Below, piece by piece: positions 6,503 through 15,262 of a DNA stretch of 25,225 bases. The notes beneath the pieces were generated by a model that saw only the letters and a list, made by a program, of their open reading frames with translations, did not search any database and was not told the origin of the DNA. Made by a program: the position numbers and the translations under genes. The first letter of the stretch is position 1. Every line of letters begins with the position of its first letter. Source of the DNA: Chthoniobacteraceae bacterium (GTDB lineage: Bacteria; Verrucomicrobiota; Verrucomicrobiia; Chthoniobacterales; Chthoniobacteraceae). The DNA lies in NCBI GenBank assembly GCA_031409335.1, contig JANNWY010000163.1, positions 1 through 25,225 of the forward strand. Reading direction: 5' to 3'.

Positions 6503-9500
6503 TTACGGCAGCCGCAGGCGGTAGAATTTTTGCGGGATGCCTTCGGGTTGCGTGAAGATGAAATTCAGCGCGCCGGTCGTCGCGTTGGCGGTGGCGGTGG
6601 ATTCGGTGATCCAGATGTTGGGCAGGAGATTTTCTGTCGTCTCGACTTGATAGGTGAGGCGCGGGGTTCCGGTGGCGGTGATCGTGACGACATCAAGCCC
6701 GGCGTTCGGGCCAGTGCCGGCGTCGATGGTGAGACTCGTGAGCGTCGGCGCGACGCCCTCGACGCGAGTGAGGACGACGTCGTCGCCATCGTTGCCCGCG
6801 TAGGTGATTTGGAAAATGTGCGAGCCGGCCACGGAGAGGAAGGCGCCTTCCGGCAGGCCGGCGAAGGTTCCGGCGATCGCGGTGCTGCCGGCGTTGCGGA
6901 GGATGTTGAAGGAATCGCCCACGGCAGGAGTGAAGCCGATCGAAAGCGCGAGCGTGGAGCCGCCGAGGTCGATCGCGCCGGAGGCGGTGAGCCGGTCGTA
7001 AGCGGTGCCTGCGGTGAGGCCGTTGAGTTCGACGTTGAAAGTCGTGCCTGGATTCCAGGTGATGCGACCCGCGACGTTGAAGATGCCGGGACTAAGACCG
7101 GGTGAAACTGCGCCGCCGCTGCCGACGACGATGTCCGCGAGTGTGCCCGTGCCGCCGACGGTGCCGCCTTCGAGGACGATGCTGGTGGCGGAACTGTCGC
7201 CCGTGAAAATCGCGCTGCCCTCACGCGCATTGATCGCGCCCATCGTATTCACGGCGCTGAAGCGCGCGCGACCGGGGCCGGATTTTTCGAGAGTGGGATT
7301 CAGCGTGGAGACGATGGCATTGACCAGCAGATCATCCGTCGCCGAGCCATCCGCCACGTTCCAATCGCGCACGCTGCCATTCGGGCCTTTGAGTTGAATC
7401 TGCCCGTTGAGCACGGACGACGCGGGTGCGGCGAGGCTTTGCAAATCGCCATCGAGCGTGAGCGTCGCGGTGCCGGTCTGCACGGTGGCCTCGGTGAGCA
7501 CGAGTCCGCCGATGGTTTCGGCGAGGTTGTTCAGATGCAGCGTGCCGCCTTTCACGACCGTGATGATGGCCGCGTCAGCGATCTGATTCGCGGCGAGGAG
7601 TCGGAGTTCATCGGCGCCGAGACCGTCGCCGATGGTGACGGGACCGGGCAGCGCGGTGATGCCCGCGGTCTTTTGCAGACGCGCATTCGCTTCGTTCAAA
7701 ACGAAGCCGCCGGTGAAAGTATTCGCGCCCGCGCCGGTGAACGTGAGATCGGCGACGCCCGTTTTCGCGAGGCTGCCGGGACCGCTGATGACGCCCGCGA
7801 GTTCGAGCGGGCTGGTGCAGGAAACCGTGCCCGCGCCCGGGCCGGGCAGCGTGATCGCGCCGGTGAGTTGATTCGCGCCGGTGCTGGAAAAGATCGTGCC
7901 CGCGAGCGCGATCGGTTCGGGCACGATGAGGCCGGCGGAGCTGAGCTGGAGAAACGCGCCGGGCTGAATGCTCGTTGCGCCGGTCGTCGCGCCGAGCGCG
8001 TTCATGTGGAAGATTTGCACGCCGCCTTGCTGGAGATCGGCGGCTCCGGTGAACGTGTTATTGCCGCGCACGAAAATCGTGCCGCTGCCAGTCTTCACCA
8101 CGCCGCCGCTGCCGCTGATGATGCCCTGCAAATCGAGCGCGCCGAGGCCGATGGCGAGCGTGTCCGTGAACGTGAGAAGCTGGCCGTTCGTATTGATCGT
8201 CGCCGCGGGCAGCAGCGTGAGCGCGGCTCCGGCGTCCGCGAAAAAAGTCTGCGGTGCGGCGAGCAGAAGTGGCACGCCGAAGCTCACCCCGCCGATGTTC
8301 GCCTCGGCGCGGATGCCGCGATTCAGCACGAGCAGGTTTGCGCCGCTGACCGCGTAGCCGCTGCCGGTGAAGCGCAGCGAATCGAACGTGGTGAAGGCGG
8401 GGAAATTGTTCGTGTTGCTGGTGCGCGCGGCTCCGGCGGGGAACTCCAGCGCGGCACCCGGCGCGGGCGCGATGTCGCCGACCCAATTCGCGGCGGTCGT
8501 CCAATTTCCATCGGTCGCCGAGCCGCCATCCCAGATGTGCGTGAGGCCGCTGCCGGTCGCTTGCGTGACGGTGAGCGTCACGTCGTTGCCATCGCCGCCG
8601 GTGTAGGAAAGGCGCAGCAGCGCGAGTCCGGCGAGGTCGATGATCGCGCCCTCGGGCAGCCCGGCGAACGTGCCCACGACAGGATCGGCGGCGAAATTGT
8701 TGTCGAGGATTTTGAAGGTGTCGCCAAAGTGCGCGGCGAAGCCAGACTGCGCGGAAAGTTCGAGCGCCGCGCCGCCGAGCGTCGGCGTGCCGAGCACGGA
8801 AAACTGATCGTGCCCCGCGCCGGGCGTCGGATTCAGCAGGCGAAATTGCACGCGCGTTTCGGGATTCCACGACGTGTTTCCCGACGCGGTGAGGATGCCG
8901 CCCGGCGCGATTTTTCCGCCGATGACCGTCGGCGTTGTGATGCTACCCGTGAAGCCGTTGCCGGTGAGCGTCGCCTGATTTCCGCCGAAGCCGCCGAGTT
9001 CCACCGCGACGCCCGGACTCGTGCCGGTAAAGGACGCGGTGCCGAATTCGAGACGCAGTTTTGGAAAGTTCGAGTTGCCCGCGAAGACCGTCTGGCCTTC
9101 GCCGGATTTCACGACGACGAGCGAGCCGGGGCCGCTGACCACGCCGTTCACGACGAGATCATCCGCCGCCGCGCCGTCCTCGATCGTCCAGAAACGCGTG
9201 CCGCCGTTTGCGGAAGTGAGGTTGCCATTGAGCGTCGCGGGCGTGGCTGCGGCGAAGGTGTTGACCGTGCCGCTGAAGGTGAGCGTCGCCGCGCCGGTGC
9301 TCACGGTGCCGCTCGTCATCACGAGATTGCCGATGGTCTCGGCGAAGCCGTTGAGATTGAAGTGCGCGCCCGCGCCGCGCAGCGTGATCGGGATCGTCGG
9401 GAGCTGATTCGCGCTGAGGAAACGCAGTTCGGCGGCGGTCGCGGTGCCGTCGCCGATGCTCACGGGACCGGGCGCGGCGCTGCCGGTTTTTTGCGCGCGG

Positions 9501-12500
9501 AGCACGCCCGCTTCGACGAAGAGGCCGCCGGAAAAAGTGTTCGCCGACGCGCCGGAAAAAGTGAGATCGCCCGCGCCCGTTTTCCGAAATCCGGCGGGGC
9601 CCGAAATCGCGCCGCTGAAAATGGGAAGGCCCGCGCCAGTCACTTCGACCACCGCCGCATCCGAGCCGCTGAGCGCGACTGCGCCGCTGAAAGTGACCGG
9701 GCTGTTCGCAAAGACGAGTGCGCCGCCGAGCGTGAGCGGCGTGGTGATCGTGGTCGCGGCGACGGCGTTCAAACGCAGTGTGGCCGCGGCGGCGACGGTG
9801 GTGCCCGCCACGCCATTGCCGAGGCCGGTCGCCGCGGTATCGAGCAACACTTCGCCTTCGCTGAATTCATTCGCGCCGGTGTGCGTATTCGCGGTGAGCG
9901 TCGCGGGGCCAACGCCCACTTTGCGCAACGCGCCGCTGCCGCTGATGTCGCGCACGATGAGTCGTGCGTTGGCGGAGCTGACCTCGATCGTGAGCGGGAA
10001 GCCGCCGTTGTTCAGCGCGGTGGATGGATCGACTGTGCCCTGCGCGCCGCCCGTCGCGGAAAAAGTCTGCGCCTGCGCACAGGCGATCGGCAGCAGGCAG
10101 CTCGATGCGCCGACGCTGAAATTAAAACTCACGCCATTATTCAAACCGACCGCCGCACCGCTCAACGAATAGCCGCTGCCCTGAAACTGGATGGAATTGA
10201 ACGTCGTATTCGCGGGAAAATTATTCACGTTCACCCGCCGCACCGCGCCGAGCAGCGGGAACACGAGATCGTCGCCCGCGCTCGGGGCGACGCTGCCAAT
10301 CCAGTTCGCCGCCGTCGTCCAATTGTTGTCCGCGCCGTTGCCCGTCCACTGCCGCGTGATGCCGGTGCCGAGTTGGAAAAGGCGCAGCGTCACGTCATTG
10401 CCAGTGCCGCCGATGTAGGAAATTCGGAACGTCTTCCCGCCGACGGAGAGCGTGGCGTTTTCCGGCAAACCCGTGAACGCGCCGATGACCGCATCAGCTC
10501 CGTCGTTTTGCAAAATCACGAACGTGTCCGCCGCGGTCGCGCTGAAATTTGAGAGCAGCGAGACATCGAGCTGCGTGCCGTTCAGGTTCACCGTGCCGGT
10601 GACGCCGAGCTGGTCGTGTCCGCTGCCGGCGGTGGGCGTACCGAGTTTCAGCGCGAAATGGGTCGAGGCATTCCACGCGACCGCGCCGCTCTGGAAGATG
10701 CCGGTGGCGACTGCGCCGAAATCCACGGTGCCGCCAAACAGGCCGCTCGTGATACTGCCGACGGTGCCGGTGCCGCGGACGGTGCCGCCATTGAGCGCGA
10801 TCGCGCTCGCCGCACTGTTCGCGGGAAAGACCGTGATGCCGCTGCGCAGGTCGATATTCGTGACGGTGCTGCCGCCATTGAAAACGGCGACGCCGCCGCC
10901 GAGCCGCACCAGCGTCGCGGCCCCCACTCCCGAGGAGACCCCGCCGCCAAGCAGCAGATCTGTCGTGGCGGGCGTCTGCTCGACGGTGAGATTAAACGCG
11001 GTGTTCCCGATTACGAGCGGCGGCGCGATCGTGGAGCCGGTGCTCGCGTTTCCCCCGACCGTGAGATCGGTTTCGATGGTGAGCGTGCCACTCCCGGTGA
11101 CGGTGCCGCTGCTCAACACGAGCTGTGGGAGCGTCTCGATAAAAGTGCTCAACGAAAACGTGCCGCCCGTGACCGTAACCCGCGAGGGGAGCTGATCGGA
11201 CGCGCGCAATTCGAGCCGCGCGCCCGCGCCCTGCACCACGACTTCGCCGCCGACGGCGTTGATGCCCGGAGGTTTTTGCAAAGCGAGCGTGCCTTCGCTG
11301 ACGAGCAGGCGTCCGGTGAAAGTGTTCGCGATATTGGTCGAGGCAAAGCCGCCGATGAGGAGCGTGCCCGCGCCCGATTTCGCGAGACCACCGGCTCCCT
11401 GAATCAGGCCATCGAGTCCGAGCAAGCCGCTCTCGACGACGATGGGGCGATCCGCGAAGGCGACGGTCAGCGCGCCGGAAGTTCGATTGAACACGACCTC
11501 ACTGGCGAGAGATCGGGAGCGCAGCGTTCCATCGAGACTCAAATCCTCCGCGAAGAATTCCAGGAATCCCGTGGGGCGACCCATTATCAGTGTCGTGCCG
11601 CTCGCGATGGTCGTTCCGTTCCCCGCGCCGACTGCGCCGAGCCCGTCGTTGTCCAGCACTTCGAGCGTGCCGCCGGTCACGGTCGTGAGGCCGGAGTAGC
11701 TGTTGAAACTTTTCAGCGTCAGCGTTCCCGCGCCCGTCTTCACGAGCGCACCGCCCGCGCCGCCGCTGCCGAAGAGCGTGTCGAACGCCTGCAAGCCGCC
11801 GGGATCTTCTCCGAACACGATGAGCCCGCTCGGCTGCGGCGTCGCCAGTGTGAGCGTCTGGCCGTTCAGATTTACCAGCGCGCTGGCTGGCTGATTGATG
11901 AACAGTTTGCCCACGCCGTTATTCGCAAAAGTCTGCGGGCTCGTGAGCAGGATCGACTCGCCGATGCTCACCTGATCGTTCGCGCCCGTCGCAAAAGTCG
12001 TGATGCCATTTTTCAACGCGATGGCCCCGCCGCTGAGGCTCCAGCCCGCGCCGGTGAAATCGAGCCGGTCGTAGAAATCGAAGCCGGGAATCGTGTCCGT
12101 GATCGTGCGCAATCCCGCCGCGACGTTGCCCGGAAAATTCAGCCGCTCGCCCTGCACGGGTTTTGCCGTCGGGTTCCAGTTTTGCGCGAGATCCATCCCG
12201 GTGCCCCCACCGAGGCCCGTCCAGGTGCGCGTCGTGCCGGTCGTGTTTTGATCCAGCAGCGTGAGCGTGATGTCGTTCCCCGTGCCGCCCGTGTAGCTGA
12301 CGCGAAAACGCGCGCCGCTCGCGACGAATTCCGCACCCTGCGCGAGCCCTGCGAAAGTCCCGACGATTACGTCCGCACCATCATTGTCGAGGATCACGAT
12401 CTCCTCGCCGATGTTCGCCTGAAAGTCCGCGAACCGCGTGACGACAAGCTGCGCACTGCCGAGATTCACCGTGCCGAAATTCGCATCGAGCAGACTGGCT

Positions 12501-14161
12501 CCGCCCGGAGCGGCGGACTGAATCTGCACCGCGAAAGTCGTCGCCGCATTGAGCGCGACCGTCGTGCAGAAGATCGTGCCGACGCTCGATCCGGGCGCGA
12601 TGGTGCCGCCGCCCGCCGCGCTGGTGATGCTGCCGACCGTGCCCGCGCCCGTCAGCGTCCCGCCATTGAGCGTGATCGCGGAGCCCGGTGCCGAGCCGAT
12701 GACGAGCGAGCCCTGCTGGATCTCCACCGGACGATTCCCGGTGAATTCATTGAGCACCGCACGCCCCGCGCCCGTCTTCCGCAGCGACGAGCCTGCCGCG
12801 CCATTGAGCGACACGGTGGAGACGAAATCATCCGGCGCAGCACCGTCCGCGACATTGAGAATCGTCGGCGCGCCCGCGATGCGCGCGTTCACATTGAGCT
12901 GCGCCGGGTTCGCCGAACCGAGCGTCGTCACATTCCCCGAGACGATGAGGAGCGACGGCACATTTCCCCCACTCACCGTTCCGCCCAGCATTTCCAGCGA
13001 TGCGACCGTCTCTGTCTTCCCATTGAGATTGAAGGTGGCGACCCCCAACAAGTGCAGGCGGGCGGTGTCGGCGATCTGCTCACTCGCATCCAGCCGCAAA
13101 TCCCCACCAGAACGGACAAAAACTTCCGCGCACGCGAGCGCTGCGACGCCGGCGGGTTTCGCGAGCACCGTCAGACCCTCGTTGATGTGGAAGGAGCCGC
13201 TGAATGTATTGGCGAGCGCACCCTCGATAAATAGCATCTGCGATCCGCTTCTCTCCAGATCGCCGCTTCCGCTGATCCGGGAAGTGATCCGCGTGGTCGT
13301 GGGCGTTCCGGATTCCCTGCACGAGAGGTTCCGCACGCCCGTTCCTCCAAAGATGATCGGCCCCGCAAGGGTGATCGTGACCGGATTGCTTTGACCCCCA
13401 TGCCCCTGAGTCACGATTTCGCCACCACCGTCGAGGCGCAGCGTTTCCGCGACGGTCTCATCGTGGAATGGGGAAAAGGTGAGATTACCAAGATCGCGAA
13501 TGGTCGTGGATCCTGCGGCGCTGCCGAGAGTCGCCAGATTGTTGAGTGGAGTGGTGGTGTCCACTCGGATATCGCCGGAGGTTTCGACCGTAATCGGCCC
13601 TGTGAACGAAGTGGGTCGGTCAACGCGCAGGCGTGCCTTTTTGACGATAATCGCGCCTGTCCCAAGAAGATCGCTGTGGATCGACAAGATGGCGATCTGG
13701 GAGGTCAGCGTTCCGTCCAGCGTCAGCGTTGCGCCGTTCACATCCAGGTCGGAGGGAGAGTTTACAAAAATGCCTCCTTTGTTGGCGAAAGTGAAGGACT
13801 GGTCCGCCGTGAGTTGGATGCCAGTCTCGAAGTTGACCGCCACGTTCGTCCCGACGGTAATGCCGCCACTCACGCGCACCGTGTCGCCATTCACCGAGAA
13901 ATCATCGCCGTCGAAGCGCAGGCTTTGAAAGATCGTGTTGCCGAGATTATTGCGGGTGCCGCGATCGGACTGCTGGATGCCCGCCGGAAAGATCAGCACA
14001 TCGCCCGCGACCGGAGCAACGCCGCCGGACCAGTTGTCCGAGTCGCTCCAAAAATCATTCGAGATCGCTCCGCCGCTCCAGGTGCGATTGGCCGCGTGAA
14101 GCAGGGGAGTGACGAGCATTGTCGTGAGCGCGGTGAGCGCGAAGAGGCGTGGTGTTTTCAT
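6503..14161 (-). CDS. Giant secreted PATR beta-strand repeat protein with four ~610-aa modules and a Verrucomicrobia-type C-terminal domain, 2552 aa (gene B)
   Basis: Signal peptide MKTPRLFALTALTTMLVTPLLHA. Four modules, each from a (T/Q/I)WxG..NW cap to F.GL..(G/N)A...Y.G..G(N/D)D(I/V).L. Ends YQVETTENL..W....QKFYRLRLP with no PEP-CTERM. Confidence 0.9.
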   Translation of the reverse strand: MKTPRLFALTALTTMLVTPLLHAANRTWSGGAISNDFWSDSDNWSGGVAPVAGDVLIFPAGIQQSDRGTRNNLGNTIFQSLRFDGDDFSVNGDTVRVSGGITVGTNVAVNFETGIQLTADQSFTFANKGGIFVNSPSDLDVNGATLTLDGTLTSQIAILSIHSDLLGTGAIIVKKARLRVDRPTSFTGPITVETSGDIRVDTTTPLNNLATLGSAAGSTTIRDLGNLTFSPFHDETVAETLRLDGGGEIVTQGHGGQSNPVTITLAGPIIFGGTGVRNLSCRESGTPTTTRITSRISGSGDLERSGSQMLFIEGALANTFSGSFHINEGLTVLAKPAGVAALACAEVFVRSGGDLRLDASEQIADTARLHLLGVATFNLNGKTETVASLEMLGGTVSGGNVPSLLIVSGNVTTLGSANPAQLNVNARIAGAPTILNVADGAAPDDFVSTVSLNGAAGSSLRKTGAGRAVLNEFTGNRPVEIQQGSLVIGSAPGSAITLNGGTLTGAGTVGSITSAAGGGTIAPGSSVGTIFCTTVALNAATTFAVQIQSAAPGGASLLDANFGTVNLGSAQLVVTRFADFQANIGEEIVILDNDGADVIVGTFAGLAQGAEFVASGARFRVSYTGGTGNDITLTLLDQNTTGTTRTWTGLGGGTGMDLAQNWNPTAKPVQGERLNFPGNVAAGLRTITDTIPGFDFYDRLDFTGAGWSLSGGAIALKNGITTFATGANDQVSIGESILLTSPQTFANNGVGKLFINQPASALVNLNGQTLTLATPQPSGLIVFGEDPGGLQAFDTLFGSGGAGGALVKTGAGTLTLKSFNSYSGLTTVTGGTLEVLDNDGLGAVGAGNGTTIASGTTLIMGRPTGFLEFFAEDLSLDGTLRSRSLASEVVFNRTSGALTVAFADRPIVVESGLLGLDGLIQGAGGLAKSGAGTLLIGGFASTNIANTFTGRLLVSEGTLALQKPPGINAVGGEVVVQGAGARLELRASDQLPSRVTVTGGTFSLSTFIETLPQLVLSSGTVTGSGTLTIETDLTVGGNASTGSTIAPPLVIGNTAFNLTVEQTPATTDLLLGGGVSSGVGAATLVRLGGGVAVFNGGSTVTNIDLRSGITVFPANSAASAIALNGGTVRGTGTVGSITSGLFGGTVDFGAVATGIFQSGAVAWNASTHFALKLGTPTAGSGHDQLGVTGTVNLNGTQLDVSLLSNFSATAADTFVILQNDGADAVIGAFTGLPENATLSVGGKTFRISYIGGTGNDVTLRLFQLGTGITRQWTGNGADNNWTTAANWIGSVAPSAGDDLVFPLLGAVRRVNVNNFPANTTFNSIQFQGSGYSLSGAAVGLNNGVSFNFSVGASSCLLPIACAQAQTFSATGGAQGTVDPSTALNNGGFPLTIEVSSANARLIVRDISGSGALRKVGVGPATLTANTHTGANEFSEGEVLLDTAATGLGNGVAGTTVAAAATLRLNAVAATTITTPLTLGGALVFANSPVTFSGAVALSGSDAAVVEVTGAGLPIFSGAISGPAGFRKTGAGDLTFSGASANTFSGGLFVEAGVLRAQKTGSAAPGPVSIGDGTATAAELRFLSANQLPTIPITLRGAGAHFNLNGFAETIGNLVMTSGTVSTGAATLTFSGTVNTFAAATPATLNGNLTSANGGTRFWTIEDGAAADDLVVNGVVSGPGSLVVVKSGEGQTVFAGNSNFPKLRLEFGTASFTGTSPGVAVELGGFGGNQATLTGNGFTGSITTPTVIGGKIAPGGILTASGNTSWNPETRVQFRLLNPTPGAGHDQFSVLGTPTLGGAALELSAQSGFAAHFGDTFKILDNNFAADPVVGTFAGLPEGAIIDLAGLALLRLSYTGGDGNDVTLTVTQATGSGLTHIWDGGSATDGNWTTAANWVGDIAPAPGAALEFPAGAARTSNTNNFPAFTTFDSLRFTGSGYAVSGANLLVLNRGIRAEANIGGVSFGVPLLLAAPQTFFADAGAALTLLPAATINTNGQLLTFTDTLAIGLGALDLQGIISGSGGVVKTGSGTIFVRGNNTFTGAADLQQGGVQIFHMNALGATTGATSIQPGAFLQLSSAGLIVPEPIALAGTIFSSTGANQLTGAITLPGPGAGTVSCTSPLELAGVISGPGSLAKTGVADLTFTGAGANTFTGGFVLNEANARLQKTAGITALPGPVTIGDGLGADELRLLAANQIADAAIITVVKGGTLHLNNLAETIGGLVLTEATVQTGTATLTLDGDLQSLAAPASSVLNGQIQLKGPNGSVRDWNVADGSATDDLLVNAIVSTLNPTLEKSGPGRARFSAVNTMGAINAREGSAIFTGDSSATSIVLEGGTVGGTGTLADIVVGSGGAVSPGLSPGIFNVAGRITWNPGTTFNVELNGLTAGTAYDRLTASGAIDLGGSTLALSIGFTPAVGDSFNILRNAGSTAIAGTFAGLPEGAFLSVAGSHIFQITYAGNDGDDVVLTRVEGVAPTLTSLTIDAGTGPNAGLDVVTITATGTPRLTYQVETTENLLPNIWITESTATANATTGALNFIFTQPEGIPQKFYRLRLP

Positions 14162-14201
14162 GTCGGTGGAGTGGTTGTTTTCTGGGGGAAAATGCGTGGG
14201 T

Positions 14202-15155
14202 TCAGGCGCGGATGCGGCGCGCAGTTTTTTTCGGAGTGACCGGTCTTTTTCCTGCCGTCGCCGCCGCGACGGGCTCCGCCGTTTTCCAAACCTCGATCAC
14301 CGCCGTGCGCACCGCCGCGATCGCCGGATCATCTGCCCGTGCGGCCTGGTAGCCGATCGAGAGCGGCACCGTCGCGCGGAAATGCGGGAGCGCGACCACC
14401 TTGTCCTCCAGCCCGCTCGCCGCGATCTGCCCGCGCGCCACCATCGTCACACCGAGCCCGTCCGCGACGAAATTGAGCACGGTCAAATCTTCGTTCACGC
14501 GATAGCGCGGCGTGAGGCTGAGACCTTGTTCGCGGCAGATATGCTCCAGCGCGCGGAAGTAGGAGCAGCGCGGCGAGACGAAGATCCACGGCTTGCTTTC
14601 GAGCAGCTTCCAATCCGGCACCGACAGTTCCTCCGCCCACGCGATCGGCGCGGCGAGGCAGAGTTCCAGCGTCGTGAGCTGATGATGCGCGATGCGCGGG
14701 CTCGTGCATTCGCCTTCAAAAAAACCAAGCCCCACCGTGCCCTCCTCGATCCCCTGCAAAATCACGCCGCTGCTCCCCGCGATCATCTCGTAGCGCAACG
14801 CCGGATGCTCCGCCCCGAGCCGCTGCAAAATCGGCATCAGCCGCAAAACATCCGGCCGGTTATTCAGCCCCACCACGAGTTCTCCCGAAACTGTCCCGCG
14901 CAAACTATCCGCCTGCGTTTTGAAATCGCGCGTCGCGTCGATCACCCGCCGCGCCTGTTCCCGCAAGCGTTCCCCGGCCGCCGTCAGTTTCATCCCGTGC
15001 GGCCCGCGGTCGAAAAGTTTCACATCCAGTTCATCCTCCAGCCCCTTGATCTGCGCGCTCACCGCTGGCTGGCTCGTGAAAAGTTTCTCCGCCGCGCGAG
15101 TGAGATGGCCTTCATCGGCGACGGCGAGAAAAGTGCGGAGTTGATACAGTTCCAT
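14202..15155 (-). CDS. LysR-family transcriptional regulator, 317 aa
   Basis: MELYQLRTFLAVADEGHLTRAAEKLFTSQPAVSAQIKGLEDELDVKLFDR...LTAAGE is a canonical LysR HTH, followed by a substrate-binding domain (V..GLGV). Start set at ATG 15155. Confidence 0.95.
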   Translation of the reverse strand: MELYQLRTFLAVADEGHLTRAAEKLFTSQPAVSAQIKGLEDELDVKLFDRGPHGMKLTAAGERLREQARRVIDATRDFKTQADSLRGTVSGELVVGLNNRPDVLRLMPILQRLGAEHPALRYEMIAGSSGVILQGIEEGTVGLGFFEGECTSPRIAHHQLTTLELCLAAPIAWAEELSVPDWKLLESKPWIFVSPRCSYFRALEHICREQGLSLTPRYRVNEDLTVLNFVADGLGVTMVARGQIAASGLEDKVVALPHFRATVPLSIGYQAARADDPAIAAVRTAVIEVWKTAEPVAAATAGKRPVTPKKTARRIRA

Positions 15156-15215
15156 GGTGAAATGCGGCTGGTGGTCTCTCGTCAAAAGCTGGTCTCTCCG
15201 AAGCCGCGGCGGCTA

Positions 15216-15230
15216 ATCGCAGTTTCCGAT
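15216..15230. promoter_or_regulatory. Putative LysR recognition box (ATC-N9-GAT; T-N11-A)
   Basis: ATCGCAGTTTCCGAT, 60 bp upstream of the lysR start. It overlaps a second dyad, CCGATG-aactc-CATCGG (15226-15242). Confidence 0.6.
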
Positions 15231-15262
15231 GAACTCCATCGGCGCGGGTGATGAGGGGCGGT

